This document shows, piece after piece, positions 40,484 through 50,001 of a DNA stretch of 64,000 bases. The stretch lies in NCBI GenBank assembly GCA_963665845.2, contig OY762492.1, positions 480,001 through 544,000 of the forward strand. Reading direction: 5' to 3'. The stretch's first letter is position 1. Each line of letters begins with the position of its first letter. This DNA is from Candidatus Poribacteria bacterium (GTDB lineage: Bacteria; Poribacteria; WGA-4E; GCA-2687025). A program made the translations under genes and the position numbers. The notes beneath the pieces are model-generated. The model saw only the letters and a program-made list of their open reading frames with translations. It had not been told where the DNA came from and did not search any database.

Positions 40484-41545
40484 TTACGGGGTGAAGTCTG
40501 TACCGCTGTCGACGGCGCGGATAAACTCGGCAAACAACGCCGCTGTCTGCTCCATGTCCTCCAGGCTGACAACCTCCACCGTCGTATGCATATACCGGTT
40601 CGGTATTTTAAACAGGCCTGCCGCCGTTCCGCCGCGCGCCACCTGTAAAGCCCGCGCGTCGGTCGGCGTCGCGGACGGATAGGCGGCGATCTGCATCGGT
40701 ATGTCCGCCTGTTGAGCCGCCTCGACCGCGATCTCAAAGACGCGCGGATTCACATTCGGTCCCCGCACGATGACCGGCCCTCCCCCAACAACCGTATGCC
40801 CGATCTTCTTTTTCTCGGCGTCAGGGGTGTCGGTTGAGTGATTCACATCGACCGCAATGCCTACATGCGGATTGATGGCATAGGCGGAGGTTTCGGCGCC
40901 TCGAACGCCCAGCTCCTCCTGGACGGTGGAGACGGCATAGACGGCGGCGTCAAAATCGCGCGTCTCGGCGAGCATCCGCGCCGCTTCGGTCATCGCCCAG
41001 ACGCCCGCCTTGTTGTCCAGCGCGGGGGAAGCGATGCGGTTGTTGCGCAGCTCCGTAACGCCCAGCCGAAACGTGACGGGGTCGCCGAGCGCGGCAACCG
41101 ACTCCGCCTCCTCCTTGTCCTTCGCGCCGATGTCGATCCACAGCTTGTCGATAGCGGGGGCTTTTCCGCGTTCTGAAGCGGAGAGCAGATGCACCGCTTT
41201 TCTGCCGATGACGCCGTTCACCGACCCGTCTTTCGTCCAGACAACGACCGGCTGCCCGACCAAAACGGTGTTGTCATGCCCGCCGACAGCCGAGAATGCG
41301 AGATACCCGTTCGAATCGATATGCTGAACGATGAACCCGATCTGGTCGCAGTGCGCGGCGAGCATGATGCGCGGCTGTCCCTCAGGGTTCAGGACAGCCG
41401 CGGCGTTGCCGTGAACGTCCGTATGAATCTCGTCTGCAAACGCGCTTGCGTATTCTCGGAAGGCCTGTTGAATCGGCTGCTCATAGCCGGAGACGCTGGG
41501 CGTTGTCAGCAGGCGGTCTAGGAACGTTCGGGAGTCGGCGTTCAT
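40484..41545 (-). CDS. M42 family metalloaminopeptidase
   Basis: SGYE, AAHCDQIG, LDNK, VQEELG.RGA, AVDV, RYMHT. Confidence 0.92.
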   Translation of the reverse strand: MNADSRTFLDRLLTTPSVSGYEQPIQQAFREYASAFADEIHTDVHGNAAAVLNPEGQPRIMLAAHCDQIGFIVQHIDSNGYLAFSAVGGHDNTVLVGQPVVVWTKDGSVNGVIGRKAVHLLSASERGKAPAIDKLWIDIGAKDKEEAESVAALGDPVTFRLGVTELRNNRIASPALDNKAGVWAMTEAARMLAETRDFDAAVYAVSTVQEELGVRGAETSAYAINPHVGIAVDVNHSTDTPDAEKKKIGHTVVGGGPVIVRGPNVNPRVFEIAVEAAQQADIPMQIAAYPSATPTDARALQVARGGTAAGLFKIPNRYMHTTVEVVSLEDMEQTAALFAEFIRAVDSGTDFTP

Positions 41546-41562
41546 GCTGGTCTCGCTTCGTT

Positions 41563-42324
41563 TTACTGCGTTTTCAGTTCCGCCCATGCGGACGCCATCT
41601 TGCCGTTCGGATCGACCGACAGCAGCGCGTCGAATCCGTCCGTATGGATAGAGGCGATCTCGTCTTCGGAGAGGGCGGAATGGAAGAAACCGACCTCGTC
41701 CAGTACGCCTTCCCAGGTTTCGGTACCCTGCCGTCCGATTTTCAGGAACTTGTAGGGTCCAAGCTCGCCCGCATAGTCGGCGGAGCCGACCTCTTCGCCG
41801 TTGACGTACTGCAGCGCTTTTCCGGCGTCGGCGTCCATGACCATGGCGACATGGAACCAGGTGTCCGCTTCCAGCTTTTTGTTTTTAGGCAGATTGACAT
41901 TCCCTCCGCCGGGCGGGATGAATCGACCCCAGAGCGTGTGGGAATTTTCAACCCAGATGCCGATGATCTTGGTGGCGGGGGCGCCTTCGTCCGTATCGGT
42001 CGCCTGGGCATGGAGCAGCCCTGGGTTGTTGCTGGGCAGGGCGGAGTATTTTGCCCAGATCACATAGGTGACCGTGTTCGAGTGCGGAACCGGCGCCAAG
42101 ACGTAGGAACCGTCCGCGGCGGCGAGCTGAACGCCTTTGCCCCAGTCGGTGTCAACGCGTTCGCCCCCGTTGACGAATTCGCCGTCGTTGCCGTTCCCGG
42201 ATGAGTCTACGGCGTCGTTCCCGTCTCCGTCGAACCGCCATAAACCGACGAGATCGTCTCGGGCGGCGAAGGCGTTCAGGGCGAGAGCCGCGATTCCAAT
42301 GATGCAGATGGCTGCGCGTTTCAT
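41563..42324 (-). CDS. Exported LamG-like jellyroll protein with C-terminal VDPxxK...WAxLK motif
   Basis: LVGLWRFD, DSSGNGNDG, WFHVA, YVNG, LDEV..F..ALS; ends VDPNGKMASAWAELKTQ. Confidence 0.88.
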   Translation of the reverse strand: MKRAAICIIGIAALALNAFAARDDLVGLWRFDGDGNDAVDSSGNGNDGEFVNGGERVDTDWGKGVQLAAADGSYVLAPVPHSNTVTYVIWAKYSALPSNNPGLLHAQATDTDEGAPATKIIGIWVENSHTLWGRFIPPGGGNVNLPKNKKLEADTWFHVAMVMDADAGKALQYVNGEEVGSADYAGELGPYKFLKIGRQGTETWEGVLDEVGFFHSALSEDEIASIHTDGFDALLSVDPNGKMASAWAELKTQ

Positions 42325-42430
42325 ATCGTCTCCTCTTGCGTTATGCGGTGTTATCGTTTTTCATGATAGCGCATTGTCGGCGCGTTGTCTTTGAACGCTG
42401 CCGTTGCTGAAAACGAGGCGGGAGGCTTCT

Positions 42431-43303
42431 ATGCGCGTGGAGCGGTTTAAACAGAACCCGATCATCGTTCCGGACATGGACGAACGGATGGGCGGCAACA
42501 TCAACGGACCCTCGCTCATACGGGTTCCAGAATGGATCGAGAATCGGCTGGGGAACTATTATCTGTATTTTGCGCATCATGGCGGCAAATATATTCGCAT
42601 GGCGTATGCGGACGCCTTGGAGGGACCTTGGCAAACCTACGAGCCTGGCGTGTTGGATTTGGCGGATTCGTTTTCCCGAGGTCATATCGCGTCGCCGGAT
42701 GTCCATATCTATGAATCGAAGCGCGAGATTCGAATGTACTACCATGGTCCCGATCCGAAGGAGCCTGGGCAGGTGTCGAGAGTCGCGCTCTCGTCGGATG
42801 GGCTGAATTTCACGGCGCGCCCTGAAATTTTGGGCGTCTTTTACTTCCGCGTCTTTCAATGGAACGGCATGCATTACGCCCTCGGCATGCCGGGCATCTT
42901 CTACCGCTCCAAGGACGGGCTGACCAATTTTGAGGAAGGACCGCATCTGTTCACCCCAGACATGCGGCATTCCGCCGTCCGCCTTGAGCGCGGAGAGAAG
43001 GGGGAGCGGCTGCGCGTCTTTTTCTCCAACGTCGGCGACTGCCCAGAAAGCGTTTTGACGGCGACCATCGATCTGACGGAGGACTGGAACGAGTGGCGCG
43101 AATCGGAGTCGGAGACGGTCTTGGAGCCTGAAACGGAGTATGAAGGCGCCGACCTGCCCTTGAAACCGTCCCGACGCGGATGGATTCCCGTCCGCGCCCG
43201 ACAACTGCGCGACCCATGCCTCTTTGAAGAGGACGGAAAGCTGTACCTGCTCTACTCGGTCGCCGGCGAATCGGGCATCGCCATCGCGCGTTTAGATCAA
43301 TGA
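42431..43303 (+). CDS. Five-bladed beta-propeller glycoside-hydrolase-like protein
   Basis: NPII, NGPSLI, YYLYFAHH, GPW, ASPDV, LRDP, LYLLYS. Confidence 0.75.
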   Translation: MRVERFKQNPIIVPDMDERMGGNINGPSLIRVPEWIENRLGNYYLYFAHHGGKYIRMAYADALEGPWQTYEPGVLDLADSFSRGHIASPDVHIYESKREIRMYYHGPDPKEPGQVSRVALSSDGLNFTARPEILGVFYFRVFQWNGMHYALGMPGIFYRSKDGLTNFEEGPHLFTPDMRHSAVRLERGEKGERLRVFFSNVGDCPESVLTATIDLTEDWNEWRESESETVLEPETEYEGADLPLKPSRRGWIPVRARQLRDPCLFEEDGKLYLLYSVAGESGIAIARLDQ

Positions 43304-43380
43304 AGCGCCGAAAGAACCGCGCTAACCAGCGGAAAAACCTTCGAGCCGCCCGGCGTCATTCCCGCGCCCTTCCTCGTCAT

Positions 43381-43530
43381 TTGTATGTCGGCAATCCCAT
43401 CTTCTTGCAGCTCACGGCCGGAGCCTTGGAGCGCAATTTCCTTGCCGTCCGGGGACCACTCAGGGTACTCATAGGACGCGCCGCTGTTCGTTAGATTGAC
43501 GACGTTGCGCCCGTCCGAACTCCTCGTATA
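43381..43530 (-). pseudogene. Fragment of a TolB/PD40-repeat gene fused to a half-REP
   Basis: Minus strand reads SSDGRNVVNLTNSGASYEYPEWSPDGKEIALQGS...ADIQ; in-frame stops just upstream; runs directly into REP sequence at 43381. Confidence 0.65.
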
Positions 43531-43704
43531 AGATTATCATACTTCGTCGTCTGTAGAGACTGCCCATTTTTACCCTAAAGCGTCCGCTCCGCGCCCATGC
43601 GGTAAGACGCGCGGTAAGACGGCTGTCAGATTCGCCCCAACCCAAAGCCTGTCTCTGTTCGACGCATGCGCCCCCGCCCGTTTTAGAGTACCATGCTTGC
43701 GTAT

Positions 43705-43800
43705 GGGGGCGGATAGGGTCCGGCGGCTCTACCGGTCTTCAAAACCGGATACGGGCGTTTAAACGTCTGTGGTGGGTTCGACTCCCACCCGCTCCCGCCA
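43705..43800 (+). tRNA. selC: tRNA-Sec(TCA)
   Basis: 8-bp acceptor stem GGGGGCGG/CCGCTCCC, CCGGT-CTTCAAA-ACCGG anticodon arm, long variable arm, GTTCGACTC, GCCA end; 96 nt. Confidence 0.95.
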
Positions 43801-43817
43801 AGCGCCGCGCGCCGCCC

Positions 43818-44255
43818 TCACCCTGCAAAGACCCGATAAGCCCAATACGCCGCCAAAACCTGACGCAGCGGAAGCACAGGAATCCCCCAGCGCGGCAAAA
43901 AAATGTTCAGCGCATAACAGACCGAATAGGCGCCGCCGACCCAGATCGTATCCTTCCAAAACAGCCCTCCGATGAGAGCCAGCTCCCCGAACCGATCCGC
44001 CGCCCAGTCCACATGCGGGTTGTCTTCGCCGTTGCGCCGCGCGGCGACTCCGTCCGCGACATCCAACAGGAGGCATGCAATCAACAAGCCGAGCGCCCAG
44101 CCCAGCCGTCCGCCCATACATGCCCAGCCCGCCAAGAAGCAGCACCAAGCGCTGGCGCGGGTTACCTCTTCAGCCGAAAACGGAAGCGGCGCCCCCCCGA
44201 ACGCTCGATCCGCGAGCTGTTTGCGAATGTCGGTCAACCTGCGAAGAAGAGCCAC
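43818..44255 (-). CDS. CDP-alcohol phosphatidyltransferase family protein (small)
   Basis: DVADGVAARR...VDWAADRFGE motif; GTG start inferred. Confidence 0.75.
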   Translation of the reverse strand: MALLRRLTDIRKQLADRAFGGAPLPFSAEEVTRASAWCCFLAGWACMGGRLGWALGLLIACLLLDVADGVAARRNGEDNPHVDWAADRFGELALIGGLFWKDTIWVGGAYSVCYALNIFLPRWGIPVLPLRQVLAAYWAYRVFAG

Positions 44256-44671
44256 AGGGACAACCCCCCTATCAACGCCTCCTGCGCGATGCGCGTCGGC
44301 AAACTCTTGCCCATGTCGATGCCCGGCGCGGAGCAAATACGCTTGTACGGCTCGCTGTATCCGTTGATGAAATCGCAAAACAGATGCGCCGACAAACAGG
44401 CGATAAAAAGACAGCCGAACTGAAAATGGAACGCCATAATGCATAGCCCGACCGCCAGCCAGACCGCCGTTCCAAGCAGCTCATGCATGAAGGTGCGCGC
44501 ATGGCGCATGCCCCCGACCTTCAGCTTCATCGTCCTTAGGAACAGCAGATGGTCTAAGTCGGGCAGGAGCGAAAAGCCGACCGCGTAGAGGTAGACGGGT
44601 TGAACTTCGGGAACCTCTTTAAAAAAAGAGGCGACGCCTAAGCCGACCGCCGCGTGCGTGAAGCTTGTCAT
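44234..44671 (-). CDS. Membrane metal-dependent hydrolase (YdjM-like)
   Basis: TH, LPDLDH, R...HEL, HLFCD. Confidence 0.75.
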   Translation of the reverse strand: MTSFTHAAVGLGVASFFKEVPEVQPVYLYAVGFSLLPDLDHLLFLRTMKLKVGGMRHARTFMHELLGTAVWLAVGLCIMAFHFQFGCLFIACLSAHLFCDFINGYSEPYKRICSAPGIDMGKSLPTRIAQEALIGGLSLWLFFAG

Positions 44672-45532
44672 TTAACCGTCTTTAACCGCCTTTCGAGCCA
44701 AGCGCAGGCTTGCTGCGCCGAGCGCGGCTCCCGCCGCAATGTCCAGCAGATAATGGTAACGGGCGTACGCCGCGCCGAAGCACATCCCCGCGACGACGAC
44801 CCAAGCGGCGGCTCCCGCCTTCCAGCCCCAAATGCGTCCGCACCAGACGGCGAAGACGACTCCCGTGGAGGTGTGCGAACTGGGCATGGCTCCGCCTTTG
44901 AGCGCGACTCCGCCGTACTGAACATGGTTCAAGAAATCTGTGACGAACCCGCCTTTCAGCTGCTGCTCCGAAACGTCCAGCAGACCGGCGTCCACAAACG
45001 CCCAGCGCGGACCCCAGAGCGGAACAAGCGCAAAGACGATAAAGGACGCGGCGTACCCAAACGAGACGGCAAAGACCGCCTCTTCAAAACCCTTATACTC
45101 TTTTCGGCGGGTTAATGCAACGCCGAGCGTCAGCATATACAGATAATAGCTGGCGTAAAAAATGGAGGCTGCCTCGGTCAATATCGGGGAGCCGCCCTTC
45201 GCCATCCAGAGCGTCGGCTGCCCGATGCGCTGTTCGATAGCGATGAAGGCGGCGTCCCAGGTGTCGCCGGGCGGATGGAACGCATGCAGCGTCCACTCTG
45301 CCCAGCCGTAGCATATCCAGAATGCAACCGCCGGCAGCCATAAAACCGCCCAGCGGGCAGGTTCGCTTTTGAAGCCGCCGCGCCGGCCGCGCCTCAAGAG
45401 ATAAACGAAGGCGGCAATGGCAATCAGATTTGCCGCAAAAACCCAGACAGGGATAGGTACATAGCGGATTGCCAACGCCGATAAAAGCGTATGGGCAATG
45501 AGATAGACCAATGCCAGACGGATCCCCGCCAT
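44672..45532 (-). CDS. PAP2 / AUR1 (inositol phosphorylceramide synthase-like) membrane protein
   Basis: P..GPR, AMPSSHT, RYHYLLD.AAG; multiple TMs. Confidence 0.85.
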   Translation of the reverse strand: MAGIRLALVYLIAHTLLSALAIRYVPIPVWVFAANLIAIAAFVYLLRRGRRGGFKSEPARWAVLWLPAVAFWICYGWAEWTLHAFHPPGDTWDAAFIAIEQRIGQPTLWMAKGGSPILTEAASIFYASYYLYMLTLGVALTRRKEYKGFEEAVFAVSFGYAASFIVFALVPLWGPRWAFVDAGLLDVSEQQLKGGFVTDFLNHVQYGGVALKGGAMPSSHTSTGVVFAVWCGRIWGWKAGAAAWVVVAGMCFGAAYARYHYLLDIAAGAALGAASLRLARKAVKDG

Positions 45533-45620
45533 TCCGTTCAACCTCGCTAAAGGGGCGTAAGAATGAGCCGCGCTCTTCAAATGGTGCGCATATGATAGAG
45601 CGCCGCGGCAAGAATTCAAA

Positions 45621-45788
45621 CTGACCTCATGCCTAAAGTTGGGACATTTAAACGACCAAAGCCATTATTCATGGGAAAAAAGCCTCGCAGGCCAGATCGT
45701 CATTCCCGCGTAAGCGGGAATCCAGAGGCGCCGCAGAAGATGTCCGCGTTCGCATGCCGGCATGCCCCAACTAAAGACGTAAGGTCAG
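45621..45788. mobile_element. Complete 168-bp MITE carrying an intact REP
   Basis: Imperfect TIRs CTGACCTCATGCCTAAAGTTGGGACAT / ATGCCCCAACTAAAGACGTAAGGTCAG; flanked by 6-bp direct repeat TTCAAA. Confidence 0.8.
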
Positions 45789-45809
45789 TTCAAACCGCGT
45801 TTCACGGGA

Positions 45810-45987
45810 TGGTACGCCCATGCGGTGAACTTCATTTTGACCCTAGAGCGTCCGCGCCGCTGCGCCCGTCCTTTAAACCCCCTAGCCCCCTTTCAAGGGG
45901 AATCTGATCTCACGCCTAAAGTTGGGACATCCCGGCATGGAAACGCAGACGGTTTCTGCGACGCCTCTAGATTCCCGCTTGCGCGGG
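45810..45987. repeat. Repeat modules and reversed MITE right arm ending in the IS-interrupted REP
   Basis: TACGCCCATGCG module, CCCCCTAGCCCCCTTTCAAGGGG, CTGATCTCACGCCTAAAGTTGGGACAT...GATTCCCGCTTGCGCGGG. Confidence 0.8.
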
Positions 45988-46103
45988 AGTATCTGTGTTC
46001 AAAGTCAATCATTTTGCGCTTTCCGTAGCGCCGAAAGTCGCCGCGGCGGATATTTTTCGGCAGTACCGAAGGAGCCGCCGCAGCGAGATTTCGGAAAGGG
46101 TTT

Positions 46104-47306
46104 TCATCTGCCTTGCGTCCTGTCGCTTGACTGCGGATCCGAAGACGCCGATGCCGGCGCTTCTCCAGGCGCCGGCAGCGCCTCCCCGACAGCCTCGTCA
46201 GAAGGCGCTGCGGCAGATGTTTTGATCGGCGCCGCGACCGACGCATCGGAAGACCCCAACTCTTCCGATGGCGCCTCAGCCTCAGTTTCATCCTGCTCAT
46301 CAGAAGACGCCGACTCTTCCGACGAAGCCAACGAATGCAGCTCATCCAAAGGAACCCAAGGCGTCTCCCGCTTCAGAATCGCGTTCGCAAGAACCGCCAG
46401 CTTCCGCATCACCGCCACAAGAGCCGCCTTCCCAGGCTTGCCGTTCTCCTTCAGACGCTCGTAAAACACCTTCATGTCCGGGTTGAAACGAATCGCCGAC
46501 ATCGCCGACATATACAGAAGCGCGCGAACATCGCTCCGACCGCCCCAAATATGACGCCGACCTGTCGACTTACCGCTCTCGCGCGCCCAAGGAGCCAAAC
46601 CAAGCAGGGAACAGATCTGACTCCCGCTGCGCCTGCCCAACTCCGGCACATGAAGAACCAGATACGCGGAAATGAGAACCCCGAAGCCCGGAATGCTCTC
46701 CAACAGGCTGAACTTCTCGCGAAGCTCTGCCTCTTTCTTGACCAATGCCAGAGCTTCCCGCTCCGCCGCGTCACGCTTCTCTTTCAGGGACTGGATGATC
46801 TCTTCGGTCGCATCCTTGGTCGCCTCGCCGTCCAGCAGATGCTTCCGATTGGTCCACTGAGTGATCGTTTTCACCAGCTGCATGCGTATCGTCATCCAGC
46901 GGCGAGCCTTTTTCACGACCGGATCGATCGGTTTCGTTGGTTTCAGATCGCGGCTCAGCCCATACAGCGCGAGCATCTTGGCGTCCAGCGCGTCGGTCTT
47001 GGCGCGGACGCTGTAGGAGCGGATGAAGTTATGGGCAAAGTTTGGATGGCAGCGGCGGTAAGGGATCTCTGCTTCGGCGAGCAGCGACGCCAGTTTCCGC
47101 TCGTATCCGCCGGTCGGTTCAAAGACGACCATGTTGATGTCGGGGCGGGTCGTCAGGAGGCGTTTGATGAACCGCTTGATGGGGCTCGCGGCGTTTTTGA
47201 TGGTGGAGGTTTTCCCGCTGTTGATGGAGATTTCAAGCGTGTCTTTGGACGCGTCGATTCCGGCGACGATTTTGTTGCTGTTTTCGTCGTGGCGTGGTAT
47301 GTTCAT
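46104..47306 (-). CDS. IS110 family recombinase/transposase
   Basis: DEDD residues in AGIDASK, FEPTGG, KTDALDA; IPGFG; serine in RESGKS; GGRSDVR; AVMRKL. Confidence 0.96.
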   Translation of the reverse strand: MNIPRHDENSNKIVAGIDASKDTLEISINSGKTSTIKNAASPIKRFIKRLLTTRPDINMVVFEPTGGYERKLASLLAEAEIPYRRCHPNFAHNFIRSYSVRAKTDALDAKMLALYGLSRDLKPTKPIDPVVKKARRWMTIRMQLVKTITQWTNRKHLLDGEATKDATEEIIQSLKEKRDAAEREALALVKKEAELREKFSLLESIPGFGVLISAYLVLHVPELGRRSGSQICSLLGLAPWARESGKSTGRRHIWGGRSDVRALLYMSAMSAIRFNPDMKVFYERLKENGKPGKAALVAVMRKLAVLANAILKRETPWVPLDELHSLASSEESASSDEQDETEAEAPSEELGSSDASVAAPIKTSAAAPSDEAVGEALPAPGEAPASASSDPQSSDRTQGR

Positions 47307-47339
47307 TTTCGTTCTCCTTTCGGGAGAAAAGGACAAGAA

Positions 47340-47521
47340 GGACCGGCCTCCTTACTTGTATTCTGTAACAAGAACACGGTATCTGTGCGGAGCCTCCGGT
47401 CTTTCTTGTCTTCTTTGCGCGGCTCTCGATACTCCCGCACGGCGCCGCTGCGAAGCAACGCGCCCAAGACGGTCTGGAGTCTGACCGCGCTACCCCTTAA
47501 GTATGCGCTTACTCGAGGGGC
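47340..47521 (-). ncRNA. Predicted bridge RNA of IS110 copy 1
   Basis: 5' hairpin plus two stem-enclosed loops bearing ACCGTCTT/GCGGGAG (target) and ACAGATAC/ATACAAG (donor); ends approximate. Confidence 0.85.
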
Positions 47522-47722
47522 AAGATCATCATACAAATGACGGTTGGATCGGCGGGCCGCCGCGCAAAAAATGAACGTTCTCGCCTGTAGAGACTTCCTT
47601 GAGCGCAAACGAATCTCCGCCGTGTCATGACCATAACCTAAGCGGAGTTTGCGGTTGCCCTTTACTACAGATTCATATAACGTGCGGCTTGAGTATTCAG
47701 GCGCGAAAGGGAGAGCGGTTGT

Positions 47723-48766
47723 ATGTTGAAAGCATGTGTGATCGGATGCGGGCGCATGGGCGCCACCATCGACGACGAAATACGCGGACATCCCACCAGG
47801 ACGCCGACGCTGCCATGGGCGCACGCGGCGGGGTTCGCTGAATCGGACAGGGCGGAGCTGACCGCCGTCTCCGATGTCGACCCAGAGAAAGCAAAGAGAA
47901 TTCGCGAGCGGTACGGGGCAAAGCGTTCCTATCTGGACTACCGCGAAATGATCTTGACCGAAAAACCGGACATCGTCTCCATTGCGACGCGCCCCGGCCC
48001 GCATGCCGAGATGACCGTCTTTGCGGCGGAAAACGGCGTCAAAGGAATCTACTGCGAAAAACCGCTCTGCTGCTCAATGGAAGAAGCGGACGCCATGGTC
48101 GAAGCGGTGGAACGCAGCGGCGCCAAATTCAACTACGGCGTCAACCGCCGATACACCCCGCTTTTCCGAAAAATGCGCCAGATGATCGATGAAGGCGCCG
48201 TCGGAAACGTTCAGGCATGCATCGCGTTCTGCGGCGTCGGCTCGGCAATGTGGTCGCACACGCATGCGGCAGACCTGCTGCTCAACATGGCGCAGGACTC
48301 GGAGGTTTCACATGTTCAGGGCGCCTTGCGCTGGGCGGAATCGGACCTGGACGGCAACTCTCTCCGAACCGACCCCGGCGTTGAGATGGGGTATGCGCGA
48401 TTCAAAAACGGCGTTCACGGCTATTTCACCGCCGCCTCCGGCTACGAGTTTGAGGTGAGCGGAACGAAGGGCAAACTGCGCACCCACAACGACTACTCAA
48501 CGCTGGAATGGCGCTCATACGACAAGTGGAGCGTCCTTCAACGGCAGGAGCTGGAGCCGATACCCGCGCAAAGCCCGACGCTGAACCTGATTGCGGAGCT
48601 GGCAGACGCGGTCGAGAACGACGGCGAGACGACCGGCAACATACAGATCGCGCGGCGCAGTCAGGAGATCATGTTCGGGCTGGTGGAGTCGCATCGTTTG
48701 GGCGGCGTTCCCGTTCCGCTTCCGCTTGAGAACCGCGGCTTGCGCGTCATGCCGGGCGGCTGGTAG
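47723..48766 (+). CDS. Gfo/Idh/MocA family oxidoreductase
   Basis: IGCGRMG, CEKPL, NRRY. Confidence 0.88.
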   Translation: MLKACVIGCGRMGATIDDEIRGHPTRTPTLPWAHAAGFAESDRAELTAVSDVDPEKAKRIRERYGAKRSYLDYREMILTEKPDIVSIATRPGPHAEMTVFAAENGVKGIYCEKPLCCSMEEADAMVEAVERSGAKFNYGVNRRYTPLFRKMRQMIDEGAVGNVQACIAFCGVGSAMWSHTHAADLLLNMAQDSEVSHVQGALRWAESDLDGNSLRTDPGVEMGYARFKNGVHGYFTAASGYEFEVSGTKGKLRTHNDYSTLEWRSYDKWSVLQRQELEPIPAQSPTLNLIAELADAVENDGETTGNIQIARRSQEIMFGLVESHRLGGVPVPLPLENRGLRVMPGGW

Positions 48767-49949
48767 GCGGGGGCGTCACGCTTCCGAGAACGGCGGGCTG
48801 CGCCGCCCCGGTGGCGCGCGGCGCGTTGGCGGTCAACCCGCGCATCGTCTCCCTTGCGAGCAGGGCGAACAGCGCCGCCTCTTTCGACTCCGCCGAGACG
48901 CCCCATTCGTCGGGCTGTCGGAAACGGAGCGGCATGCCGCGTTTTTCCAGAGCCGTTTTCAGCATGCGCATGAGCGTTCTGTTGAGCGCGCCGCCTCCGC
49001 TCACAATTATCTCGCGCAGGTCGGGAGGTCCGTGCCGCTTTGCGGCGTCGGCGATCGTTTCGGCGGTGAACGCTGTCAGCGTCGCCATGAGGTCGTCGTC
49101 GGAGAGTCGGCGCCGCCGCCCCTCTTCGATGAGGGTACGGGCGTACGGCGCGCCGAACATTTCTCGACCTGTGCTTTTAGGCGGATCGCCGGCGCAGTAC
49201 GGGTGGAGCGTCCAGTTTTGGAGAAGAGACGGGTCGGACTTGCCTTGAGCGGCTTGCTCTCCGTTGTTGTCGTAAGGGCGTTTTCCGTTGGAAAAAAGAA
49301 CCGCCGCGGCGTCCATGAGCGCGTTGCCGGGGCCGGTGTCGAAAGCGGTCGTTTCGCTGAAATCGGCGCCTGCAGGCAGGAAAGCGATGTTGGCGATGCC
49401 GCCGATGTTGAGCAGCGCGCGGCTCGCCGTTCGTGAACGAAAAAGCGTCCAGTCGAGATACGGGGCGAGAGGCGCGCCTTGTCCGCCGAGGGCGACATCG
49501 ACCGCGCGAAAATTGTCGACAACAGGCAAACCCGACCGGACAGCGATGGCGGCGGGGCATCCGATCTGCAGCGTCGCATGGGGCGGCTCATGCCAGAGGG
49601 TCTGCCCGTGCGATCCGACGGCGAGCATTTCGTCGGTTGAGAAGCCCGCGTCCTGGACAATACGCCGCGCCGCATTTCCAAACGCATGCCCGATGTGAGC
49701 GTTCAGAAGGCAGATTTCGCGCGGATCGGCATCGCCTTCAAAGGCGCGCATGAGCCGCCCGCGCAGCCGCGGACGATGCGGCGTTTCGGCGTAATGCAGA
49801 ACGCGCAGGCGCGCCCGCCCATCATCGTCGTCGTCGATTTGGACGAGCGCGGCGTCGATCGCGTCGGCGGAGGTGCCGGACATGAGACCGACAACATGGA
49901 CGCTTTTCTGCTGCGCGCGCTGCGCGAGTTGTTGAAGCCAGTTGACCAT
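48747..49949 (-). CDS. anmK: Anhydro-N-acetylmuramic acid kinase
   Basis: GLMSGTSADAID, GSHGQT, GGQGAPL, NIGGIAN, FDTGPGN, PPKSTGRE, KEA. Confidence 0.96.
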   Translation of the reverse strand: MVNWLQQLAQRAQQKSVHVVGLMSGTSADAIDAALVQIDDDDDGRARLRVLHYAETPHRPRLRGRLMRAFEGDADPREICLLNAHIGHAFGNAARRIVQDAGFSTDEMLAVGSHGQTLWHEPPHATLQIGCPAAIAVRSGLPVVDNFRAVDVALGGQGAPLAPYLDWTLFRSRTASRALLNIGGIANIAFLPAGADFSETTAFDTGPGNALMDAAAVLFSNGKRPYDNNGEQAAQGKSDPSLLQNWTLHPYCAGDPPKSTGREMFGAPYARTLIEEGRRRRLSDDDLMATLTAFTAETIADAAKRHGPPDLREIIVSGGGALNRTLMRMLKTALEKRGMPLRFRQPDEWGVSAESKEAALFALLARETMRGLTANAPRATGAAQPAVLGSVTPPPTSRPA

Positions 49950-50001
49950 GACGCCGGCATTGTAGCGCTGTCGGGAGCGATTTGCAGCCCGTCCCGCGGC
50001 G

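Larger units (their letters stand above)
45988..47537 (-). mobile_element. IS110-family (IS621-like) insertion sequence, copy 1, inserted in a REP
   Basis: Element-strand junctions ACCGTCA-TT-TGTATG and ACAGATA-CT-CCCGCG; removal restores CGTCATTCCCGCGCAAGCGGGAATC; no TIR or TSD. Confidence 0.95.

Noticed and set aside
43800-47537. Integrative island at selC
   Set aside because: No integrase and no duplicated tRNA 3' end seen in the window
45988-47537. IS1111-type organisation with sub-terminal inverted repeats and a 3' guide RNA
   Set aside because: The long non-coding end with guide matches is upstream of the CDS and no sub-terminal inverted repeats were evident, so the IS110/IS621 group fits
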